64,000 nucleotides of DNA from Chloroflexota bacterium. Its GTDB lineage: Bacteria > Chloroflexota > UBA11872 > VXNJ01. Of this stretch, positions 20,711-29,195 are shown in pieces (within the stretch, counting starts at the first letter, position 1; the number at the start of each line of letters is the position of its first letter). The stretch lies in NCBI GenBank assembly GCA_965218195.1, contig OZ244593.1:3061413-3125412 (forward strand), in the 5' to 3' direction. The notes under the pieces were generated by a model. The model made no database searches. It had not been told where the DNA came from and worked only from the letters and a program-made list of their open reading frames with translations. The position numbers and the translations under genes were made by a program.

Positions 20711-21577
20711 ATGAGTAGTCCTAAACGTCACCATTTTGTCCCACAGATGCATTTGAGGCGATTCGTGGACGAAAGTGGTCGGTTGTATTGGTTCAGCAAA
20801 CGTTTTTCAGACAAAGTCGTTCGTCCGTCGACTCCAGCTCAAGTTTTCTTGGAAAACGATCTTTACAACGTGTTGGACAGCGATGGAGCCAGGGATTCGT
20901 CAGTCGAGTCAGCGCTTGCGACCCTTGAATCGCAAGCAAATTTGACAATGGGGAAAATCGTGACTGCGGCCCGAGCGGGCAAGCCACCAAATCTGACAAG
21001 GGAAGAGAAATCGTTTTGGGACGTGTATTTCTGCTGCCAGTGGAGGCGTGTTCCGGACGTAATGCGGACCGTCGTATCGGAGGCGCAAATACGCGAATTC
21101 GTGTCGGAGATAACGAGGCGATACCAGTCTAGGGGCTATGAGCTGACGTCAGAGGACCGCAGGATCCTTGCTGATCCACGAGCGTTGTCGAGGATCGAAC
21201 ATGGCGCCAGAGCTAAGAGCGTTCTGATAATCACCGAAGATCTGTTACGCGTTATGGAAAACAAGGGTCTTTGTGTCGCGATAGTCACAAGCTCGAAACG
21301 TAGCTTTGTTATTGGAAGTAACCCAATCGTCAAGCTGAATCCTCCGGGGCGGACGTACCTTGCTGATCCAGACGTACAAGCGTGGCTTCCACTCGCTCAC
21401 GACGTGGCTATTACGCCTGCACTATCTCGAGGCGAAGAAAAGTTGATGGAATTCAGCGAGGGCCGAATCGTTCGTGAACTCAATGAAGCCATGTTCAAGC
21501 AAAGTACTGCAATCGCCGGGCGCTCACGAAGACTAGTCGAGTCGTTGGCTAGGAAGATGCTCGCTAGGTCCAACTAA
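20711..21577 (+). CDS. DUF4238-family protein.
   Basis: The N-terminal HHFVPQMHLRRF motif is characteristic of DUF4238. The GC is lower than in its surroundings. It lies directly downstream of the RM gene. Confidence 0.6.
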   Translation: MSSPKRHHFVPQMHLRRFVDESGRLYWFSKRFSDKVVRPSTPAQVFLENDLYNVLDSDGARDSSVESALATLESQANLTMGKIVTAARAGKPPNLTREEKSFWDVYFCCQWRRVPDVMRTVVSEAQIREFVSEITRRYQSRGYELTSEDRRILADPRALSRIEHGARAKSVLIITEDLLRVMENKGLCVAIVTSSKRSFVIGSNPIVKLNPPGRTYLADPDVQAWLPLAHDVAITPALSRGEEKLMEFSEGRIVRELNEAMFKQSTAIAGRSRRLVESLARKMLARSN

Positions 21578-22234
21578 GGGGGCAGCAGTCACTCGGAGAC
21601 CGTGCGCACGGTCAGGAGACGTGATACGTTCGAACTCCTTTTCAAGGCGCTTCGAACGTGTCTCAAGCTGCCGTTCCAGTCGCTCTAGTCCGCGCGAGAG
21701 GTTTAGCGTGAGGTCCTGGATTTCTCGCATGGTCATCTCCTCGCACCTGTCATACCGCCGGATGGGGCATTTGCGCGTCGGCTTAACGCGGTGAGGCGCC
21801 ATCCGCGAGCGGCCTGTGCGGATAACGACCACGCCGCAATCGCCATCAGTGGGCACGGCGAATATCTCGATCACAGGTATCTGCGGTTCGACGCAGTCAC
21901 GGAACACTAAATTGAGGCGCTCGGCTAGTTCCTGACACTTCGGGATGGGCGTAATTTCGGCAGCGACGGGCGGTCTACTCTCGGATTCACGGATACCCAA
22001 TAGCAGCGCGCCGCCGTAGGCATTCGCGAACGCGACGGCTTCTTCGAGTAACTCGTTTCGCGCTCTATCTCCGAGTCTGTCCCCATGCGTTATCCATCTG
22101 TCATCCGAATCGCCCTTCGTTGATAGGCGTTCCTTGAACTCGATCTGATCGCTTTCGGGGACCTGTGAATCGATCAGTTCTTTGAGATTGCTAACACCAA
22201 CCTGATCCGCAGGCTTGGAGACTACAGCGATCAT
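21533..22234 (-). CDS. AlbA_2 (Schlafen-like / divergent-AAA putative DNA-binding) domain protein.
   Basis: ESDQIEFKERLS...ELLEEAVAFANAYGGALLLGI matches the AlbA_2 core (E.KE...AFAN..GG.L.IG). Confidence 0.6.
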   Translation of the reverse strand: MIAVVSKPADQVGVSNLKELIDSQVPESDQIEFKERLSTKGDSDDRWITHGDRLGDRARNELLEEAVAFANAYGGALLLGIRESESRPPVAAEITPIPKCQELAERLNLVFRDCVEPQIPVIEIFAVPTDGDCGVVVIRTGRSRMAPHRVKPTRKCPIRRYDRCEEMTMREIQDLTLNLSRGLERLERQLETRSKRLEKEFERITSPDRAHGLRVTAAPLVGPSEHLPSQRLD

Positions 22235-22339
22235 CGTCTCGTTCCTTGATTCGTCGTCTGTGTTTACCGGATCAAGGTTATCGGAGCCGGATTCGCTCGA
22301 GGTGTACTTGAGGATGCCGTGATCGTCGCTGATATGCGC

Positions 22340-22560
22340 CTATTCCGGAAACGGGTGGATGATCTGCTCCAGGAACATGCGGGTGCGGCCTTCCTGGGGC
22401 TTGTTGAATCTGTGGTGGGGAGTTCTGAGCTCGACGAGCATTCCCTCGTCGCAGAAGGCGATGCGGTCGGCGACGTCGCGGGCGAAGCCCATTCCGTGGG
22501 TGACGCAGAGCATGGTCGTGCCGGTGCGAGTCCGTGCTGGCGTGGGCGTAGGAGAAGGGC
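22340..22560 (-). pseudogene. 3' fragment of an ABC transporter ATP-binding protein (amino-acid/polar ABC type).
   Basis: The reverse-strand translation reads TTMLCVTHGMGFARDVADRIAFCDEGMLVELRTPHHRFNKPQEGRTRMFLEQII*. There is no upstream Walker A or Q-loop. The upstream frame is scrambled. Confidence 0.6.
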
Positions 22561-22756
22561 CTCGATGCTCCCTGTCTCGGGGTGGCTGGCGAGCTACTGG
22601 ACGAGGTCAGTATCGGCCCGTCTTGAGGGCGGCCATGGCCTCTTGATTGGCACCATGCCGACATAGTGGCGCGTCACTATCGGATTAAGTCTCCGACCTT
22701 CTCTCGTTTGCCGACTGAACAGCGACAATTACTTTTGCCGGTGACGACAACTACTT

Positions 22757-23960
22757 TTGTCGGTCTGTGAGGTAGACCATGGGGCACCGGGAGGCGCCAC
22801 ATTGGTCACGGATCAACAGGTAGTTCTACTGAGGCAGAAGGTAATGGAAGGGAAGACACGGCAGGCAGCGGCGGCAGCAGCGGCCATGAGCGAGAGATCG
22901 GCGCGGAAGTGGCAGCGAGGATCGTTGCCGTCGGAGAGCAAGCAGGCCAGACGGAGTTGGCGGACCAGACCGGACCCGTTCGCGGATGTCTGGGAGAAGG
23001 ACATCGAGCCGCTGCTGCGGTCCGACCGCGAGGGTGAGCTGAGCGCGACAACTATCCTCGAGTGGCTCGACGAGCGACACCGGGGCAGGTTCGGCAGTTC
23101 CCAGTTGAGGACGCTGCAGCGTCGGATCAGGGACCACCGGGCGCTTTGGGGACCTGACCGCGAGGTGTACTTCCAGCAGGACCAACCCACGCTCATCGCA
23201 CGAGAACGGCGTGGTCGAACAGAGACACCGTCGTCTCAAGAACGCCATAGACCAGGCCCTCATACTCAGGGGCAGTCGCGACTTCGAGTCGGAGGATGAG
23301 TACAGGAGGTTCGTGCGACAAGTGGTCGACCGGCGCAACCGGCTGGTGGACTCGAAGCTTCGGCGAGAACGCCGTCATCTGCGACCACTGCCGCCTGCTC
23401 CCGTGCCGGAGTACGTCAACTACCGAGCGAGGGTGCGCGGATGGAGCACCATCAGGGTGGCGAAGCGGACGTACTCGGTGCCGTCGAGGCTGATCGGGAT
23501 GGAGGTGGCCGTCCGTCTGTACGCCGACCACGTCGAGGTGTACTACAAGGGCCACCTGGTGGAGCGCATGGAGCGCTTACACGGCGCCGGCGAGGCGCGA
23601 ATCGACTACCGCCACATCATAGGATCGCTGGTTCGCAAGCCCGGTGCGTTCGCCCGGTACCGCTTCAGGGAGCAGATGTTCCCGACAGCGACGTTCAGGC
23701 TGGCATACGACGCGCTGCGTGGATGGAGAGGTGAGCGTGCCGATGTCGAGTACGTGCGGATACTGCATCTGGCCGCGACGACCATGGAGTCGAAGGTGGA
23801 CAGGGCGCTCGGGAGACTGCTTGAGTCCGGTCTGAGCTTCGACTACGCGACGGTGCGCAGGCTGTCTGCGCCGGCGCCTCCACCGGTTCCGGACCTGAAG
23901 CTGTCTGGGACAGTGGACCTCGGGGTGTACGACCGCCTGCTGGTGGGAGGCGCACCGTGA
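22757..23960 (+). pseudogene. IS21 istA, frameshifted and lacking the DDE catalytic core.
   Basis: As above. The two ORFs (22757-23299 and 23211-23960) overlap in different frames. Confidence 0.65.
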
Positions 23961-24745
23961 TGGTGGACATACACGCAGCGAGCGCAGTGGCCGAACGTGT
24001 CAGGGAGTTGTGCAGGCAGTTCAAGCTGCCCACGCTTGCGGCCGAGACCGTCGGAAGGTTCGGCGAGGCCGGACACGCCGATGCGCTCCCGACCCTTGTG
24101 GAGGTGCTGGAGCAGGAGGCTGAGGACAGGCGGATACGACGGGTGGACCGTCTGCGGAGAGCATCGAAGCTGCCGGCTGGCAAGACCTGGGACACCTTTG
24201 AACATGACAGGGTCTCGCTGAAGCTCAGACAGCAGCTCGGGAGACTAGGTGAGGGCGACTTCGCCGATCGCGGCGTCAACGTTCTGGCGTTCGGGATGCC
24301 CGGCACCGGCAAGACCCACGCGACGTGTGCCATCGGCCACAGACTGGTGGAGTCCGGCCGCTCGGTGCTGTTCATCCCCGCATACCGACTGGTGCAGGAC
24401 ATGCTGGCCGCCAAGCGAGACCTGGAACTGCCCAGGATGCTCAGGAAGCTGGACAACTTCGACCTGCTGGTGATCGACGACCTGGGGTATCTGACGCAGC
24501 GCGCCGAGGAGTCGGAGGTGCTGTTCACCCTGATAGCGGAGCGCTACGAGCGTCGATCCCTGGGGATCACCTCGAACCTGGTGTTCAGTCAGTGGGAGAA
24601 GGTGTTCGCAAACCCCATGGCGACCGCGGCAGCGATAGACAGGATCGTCCACCACTCGGTCATCCTGGAGTTCGACATGCCGAGCTACAGGACCAATGCG
24701 GCCCGGAATCGTCAGACTGACAAGCAGTCAGACCGGCAAGAATAA
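23957..24745 (+). CDS. IS21-family IstB ATP-binding helper protein.
   Basis: It has Walker A GMPGTGKTH, Walker B LLVIDDLGY and an overlapping start with istA. Confidence 0.85.
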   Translation: MMVDIHAASAVAERVRELCRQFKLPTLAAETVGRFGEAGHADALPTLVEVLEQEAEDRRIRRVDRLRRASKLPAGKTWDTFEHDRVSLKLRQQLGRLGEGDFADRGVNVLAFGMPGTGKTHATCAIGHRLVESGRSVLFIPAYRLVQDMLAAKRDLELPRMLRKLDNFDLLVIDDLGYLTQRAEESEVLFTLIAERYERRSLGITSNLVFSQWEKVFANPMATAAAIDRIVHHSVILEFDMPSYRTNAARNRQTDKQSDRQE

Positions 24746-25064
24746 TTGTCGCGCAACCGGCAAAAATAGTTGACGCGGATCACCGACCAAGGATGAATCT
24801 CGGAATATGCTTGGCGGACGAGGCCAATGACATCGTGTCCACAGGTGCGACCTCGTAGCAATTTGGCATGGCCGAGACATCTCTTCGAGATCGACCCACG
24901 GATCGCGTACAGGCGCCATCGGCGTCAGCAGGAATCACGAGAATGTTGGACCGCCTAGGGACCTAGCCTTATTGCGAACAGCGTGACGCCCGATGCGACG
25001 CCGCATCGGCTAGCGGCAGTCCGGAAACTGCGCCTTGTGGCAACAGCTAGATGACTCAACCGGC

Positions 25065-27338
25065 TCAGTGGTAGACCTTGTCCTCCAACAGCCCGAGGTT
25101 CAGTCCGAAGTAGTAGTCCAGTATTGCCCTGAAGTGGTTGACCGACGTGATTGACGGATATACGGCACCTTCGCCTCCGTCCGGAAGCAGGAACGCCGCG
25201 AGTATGTCGTGGCCATACTCCCTATTCCGCACGTATCCATGGTCACTTGTGATCACGATGATGGGCGGTTCATCGTAGTTTTCAAGAATGGCGTCCACAA
25301 CCTCGAGCATTCGACCGTTAAGCCAGATTACTTGACCGTAAAAGGCTTCGGGTACTGTCGGATCATGATCGTTTGGCCAGCCCCCCGAGTCGAACGTGAT
25401 GTTTCCGTGCCTGTCGAACGAATACGGCCCATGCGGCTTGAACAGATGTGCGAACACGAATTTCGGTCTTTCCGTAGTTCCTACGCTTTTCATGAAATCC
25501 AGCCATGCGAGCGTCCGGAACGGATGCCCCCCATCGTACGCGTAGGGATCGCCAGGCTGAATGTCGAATTTGCTCGGACGGAACGGTCTGGCGGCCGTTG
25601 TCCGCAGGAATGTGTCTGTAAATCTGCTGGATAAACGTGTGGTCCTTTCGAGCATGAAAGGGTCCTCAGTCTCGTCTCCCGAAAGAACTACCCCAACTGG
25701 CGTGAAGTCCACGACGACGTGGGCGTTGCGGCTTGTGTTTGTCCATTCGACTCCGGAGGCGACGTGCACGTATCGATATCCGATAGTCGCCAGAATCTTC
25801 CCAAGTGTGTGATCGGTTCCCCGCGCCAGCAATCGTTGACGTAACCCGGCGCCCGGATTGGAGCGCTCGTCGTGAACGTAATTCATGTTCAAGGCTGATG
25901 GGACTGAGAACCTAGTCCAAAGGTAGTTACTGCGGGCTTGCGGAGCCACGTAGAACCCACGGTTTTCGAGTTCTTGCACGAATTCGCTGTTATCGAATTC
26001 GGGTGGCGATCCGCTTCTGGGATATTCATCGAGGATGATGTAATAGATATCTCTAAGTTGGTCTCTCGAAAGTCTGTCTTTAGTCTCGGCAAGCCGTTCG
26101 TCGAGTCCGGGAAAGCCGTCGGAAGGGTCAAAGGCTTGCGGTCGGCTGCCGACATAGAAGTCCTGGGCGATCTGGTAGGCGGGCAACACGACCAGGACAA
26201 AGCTGGCAATGTTGAGAGTCAAACCGATCCTGCGCGCCAGCTCGGGTCGTGTCGACACAAGCGCTCCGAGGCTAAGGACGAGAGATGTGCCCAGTCCCAG
26301 AAGATATCTATCGTCGGCTAGTTCACCCAGGGCCGTGTGGATATGGCCGTATGAGAAGAACGCGATTCCGAGCAGACCGGTAAGCGCCGACGCCACGGCC
26401 GCATTCTTGAAGACGAGCCGCAACGCTACGAAGGCTACAGTGATGACCGCCATCGTAGCGACGAAGACCGCGATTGACTCCGATACCCGGAACAGGAGCA
26501 AGTTGTTCGAGAGATAGTGCAATATCGCGAACGCGGGGATGAGCCACGGAAAGACGTAGAACCTGCGGAGTCTGGATGGAGCTTCCGCCGTTAGCGATTG
26601 CGCAGTTTGCCTGACCCACACCCGCCGCAGCGTCCCATAGATCGGATCAACCGACTCAAGAAACGCAGTGCCAACCCTCGCCGCAGTTTTGCGCAGAGTT
26701 CGGGAGATGAAGGGATGCGACAGGACCGTTATGGCAAAGGCTAGCGCCGCGGCTGCTATCGCGCCCGCCAGGCGCGCAAGGTCTGGTATCGATCCCTCGC
26801 GAGCAGCCTGCCAACCGGTTCCTCTCCAAATCACTTCATACGCGAGCGGGCCTTGGCCCGTCGGCCGACCGTAGAGCGTCGGGAGGGTGTCTGCGTCTCC
26901 GGTCGGCTCGGTGGTGCCGAACATCACGCTGTTTTCCCGCTCGGTCGATACCCAGAGCTGCAACACCAGTTGTTCGTTGGGAGCGAGCTCATAAGGCGGA
27001 AAGTCCAGAACGTATGGGATGAGAACTTTACTCGCGAGGAGGCGAGCCTTGACCTGACGCACTGGTTGTCTGTCGGCTCTCCGGAGCAACGAGGCGCTGA
27101 TTGGGGCTTCTCCACGATCGAAGCCGGCCGCGGCCCAGATGCGGACTTCCGAAATAACGCCCGGCGCGTTGTCGATGACCTGCTCGACGGCGAAGCTGGG
27201 CCACACAGGACCAATGGCGTCGACAATTTCACCTGAAGAGCGTGGAACGAAGCTCGTCCGCGGCAGCAGGCTTGCGAGCAGCCCGACACTCACCACAGCG
27301 AGAACCGCGGCGATCAGCGGTGGGCGAAATCGAAACAA
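25065..27338 (-). CDS. Polytopic membrane protein with a C-terminal sulfatase / alkaline-phosphatase-superfamily domain (LTA-synthase / phosphoglycerol-transferase-like).
   Basis: It has multiple hydrophobic segments from residue 200 to 420, followed by YYIILDEYPRSG...NYLWTRFSVPSALNMNY and a PHGPY sulfatase-type core. Confidence 0.7.
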   Translation of the reverse strand: MFRFRPPLIAAVLAVVSVGLLASLLPRTSFVPRSSGEIVDAIGPVWPSFAVEQVIDNAPGVISEVRIWAAAGFDRGEAPISASLLRRADRQPVRQVKARLLASKVLIPYVLDFPPYELAPNEQLVLQLWVSTERENSVMFGTTEPTGDADTLPTLYGRPTGQGPLAYEVIWRGTGWQAAREGSIPDLARLAGAIAAAALAFAITVLSHPFISRTLRKTAARVGTAFLESVDPIYGTLRRVWVRQTAQSLTAEAPSRLRRFYVFPWLIPAFAILHYLSNNLLLFRVSESIAVFVATMAVITVAFVALRLVFKNAAVASALTGLLGIAFFSYGHIHTALGELADDRYLLGLGTSLVLSLGALVSTRPELARRIGLTLNIASFVLVVLPAYQIAQDFYVGSRPQAFDPSDGFPGLDERLAETKDRLSRDQLRDIYYIILDEYPRSGSPPEFDNSEFVQELENRGFYVAPQARSNYLWTRFSVPSALNMNYVHDERSNPGAGLRQRLLARGTDHTLGKILATIGYRYVHVASGVEWTNTSRNAHVVVDFTPVGVVLSGDETEDPFMLERTTRLSSRFTDTFLRTTAARPFRPSKFDIQPGDPYAYDGGHPFRTLAWLDFMKSVGTTERPKFVFAHLFKPHGPYSFDRHGNITFDSGGWPNDHDPTVPEAFYGQVIWLNGRMLEVVDAILENYDEPPIIVITSDHGYVRNREYGHDILAAFLLPDGGEGAVYPSITSVNHFRAILDYYFGLNLGLLEDKVYH

Positions 27339-28099
27339 GCTAAGTGAGTGTCTCAGGGGGTATATTTGCGCCGGCGCGGCTGCGGCGGGTCTTGACTGCT
27401 CGGAGGTTGACTTCGGTCCATCGATTTACCAATCTGCCTTCCGGTTGTGCGCTTGTTTGAAGTCCATGCCGAATGGCAGTGGATTCTATATCGGCGGGTG
27501 CTTCGCCAGGAACGGGGAGCTGTTGTGGTTCCTAGAAGAACGACCAACGACCGCTTGTTGCTGTCGCTGAGCCGAAAACAGAATATTCAGTGCGAGCAAG
27601 CGTTCTTAGGGGAATATCCGATGGGCAGAATCAAATCCGGGAACGCCGATAATAGGGCGTATCGCGCTCACGGAAGAGTCAGAAAGGCGATCTGAGGAGT
27701 AAATTTCGTTCGGCTCGTCTTTCTGCCTTACCTCGATCCTGGAAGCGGCAGTGCTCGGCGGAGTTGTTTCGGTGGGGCTGTGGTTGCGCAGAATTCTGGG
27801 CGTCTTTCGGCGGTCGTCGGACGAGGGTCCCACTGCAAGCGGCCTTGAGGCTCCAGAACCGGACGATGCTGGCGGTGAGGACGGAGGAGAGCTGGGCGGT
27901 GTCGGACGGCGCTCCGACGCTAACAACTCATAGCGACGAGGAGGATCGTCGCGATAACGACAATTACAAAACCCTCATGTCCGCCTCGACCGTGGTGAAC
28001 TCGCCAGAAACCTGCTCGACGATGTTCCGTCGCTGGGTCAGGTAGCCGGTGATGCTGTCGTCATTCGGAACGTCCGACTTCAGCGTGACCGAGTCGTGG

Positions 28100-28420
28100 G
28101 ACGCTGCGGCAGAGAGTCCGGGGGCTCTGCGAAGGCTGAGCCGTCCTGTACCTGTATCGGGGAAGATAGCAGGGCTGGCGCCGCGCCAGCGGCGAGCAGG
28201 ATGGGGAATGATCGTCAATCGACGTGCGGCATGGCTCCTCCCCTTGTGCTTATGCGGGGGTTCGGGACGCCGGGGCGAACCCACCGGCTGCCCGTCCGCT
28301 GCGCAGGCGTTGGACGCCGGGACTCGGATAGCGCCTAGGGGAGCGTCTTTCGAGGACTCTGAGGATATGAGCCGATAATAGCGGAATGCTCGCAGGTTCC
28401 CCCTTACACGTGGGGATAAG
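28100..28420 (-). other. Decayed paralog remnant: the leader and the first codons of a gene homologous to the start of the 943-aa surface-protein gene.
   Basis: About 220 nt at 28190-28380 align (roughly 75-80% by eye) with 31975-32200, including GCGGCGAGCAGGATGGGGAAT, CATGGCTCC, GCGGGGG and GGGGAGCGTCYTTCGAGGACTYYGAGGAT. The coding part is frameshifted. Confidence 0.5.
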
Positions 28421-28597
28421 ACCGTAGCTCAGCACATGCCGACCTAACGGGTGGTCTTCCGGCTGCTGATAGCGAAGTATGCGGACGGGGAAACCGCCGC
28501 CAAGTGAAGTCTGCTTACTGATTATTCGAGCTCCCGCCCCCAACTGACCGGCAACTGAATGGTCGACCAGCGGCCAGCGTTGCATGCCCGCCGGTTC

Positions 28598-29146
28598 CTA
28601 GTAACACTCTATATACGTGATCCGCACAGGTATGCGTCCACGCTTCGGCCAATCCGTCCCCTCCAATAACGCGAATAACTCCGGAGTCAGATCAGCGATC
28701 ACTCCTGCGTAACTCACGCCCGCCTCTTTGCCAAGCGCCGCGTCATCAGCCAGGTCGCCCGCGAGCGCGTCTAGCACCAACGCAGTTTCCGCCAACTCGG
28801 TCTCCTCGTGCTGGATCGTCACCGTACGCCCAAGCCACCGCGGTTCCCACATGATCCGATGCAGTGCCACCAACCGGATCGGGTCATCAATGCGTGTTTC
28901 CTCCGCGATTGATCCCCGCTGTGCCGAGCCGCCCTTGCGCGCTTCTAACACCGCTTGCCACGGGTAACTCCAACGGTCTTGCGGGGACCACGGCCCGACA
29001 TGCGATGCCCAGCCGAGTTCCGTCTCGACTAGGCAGCCGCCCCCGGCCGGTCCGTCTCCGCCAGCACCTACGAGCAATACCGTCATGCCGGCAGCTATCC
29101 CCCACTGCACCCACCTGGACGAGCCCACCCGACTTCCCACCAGCAC
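28598..29146 (-). CDS. Hypothetical protein (about 165-182 aa) immediately downstream of, and likely co-transcribed with, the large surface-protein gene.
   Basis: It is an ORF with good codon usage. It is separated by 50 bp from the upstream gene on the same strand. No recognisable motif was found. Confidence 0.4.
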   Translation of the reverse strand: MLVGSRVGSSRWVQWGIAAGMTVLLVGAGGDGPAGGGCLVETELGWASHVGPWSPQDRWSYPWQAVLEARKGGSAQRGSIAEETRIDDPIRLVALHRIMWEPRWLGRTVTIQHEETELAETALVLDALAGDLADDAALGKEAGVSYAGVIADLTPELFALLEGTDWPKRGRIPVRITYIECY

Positions 29147-29195
29147 CTATGTCCGGGTCGTGGCAGGCAGAGCCGGGAGCCCTTCCTCTTCCTCG

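Larger units (their letters stand above)
22700..24800 (+). mobile_element. Degenerate IS21-family element with an internally deleted IstA plus an IstB.
   Basis: The IstA N-terminus (..TILEWLDERHRGRFGSSQLRTLQRRIRDHRALWGPDREVYFQQDQ) and the IstA C-terminus (FESEDEYRRFV...HLRPLPPAP...RTYSVP...) are present in two frames. The roughly 170-aa DDE core between them is absent. IstB is intact. Confidence 0.7.

Noticed and set aside
27340-28100. Small ORFs between the sulfatase gene and the paralog remnant.
   Set aside because: They have no motifs and mixed composition. The region is more plausibly degraded sequence related to the neighbouring remnant.
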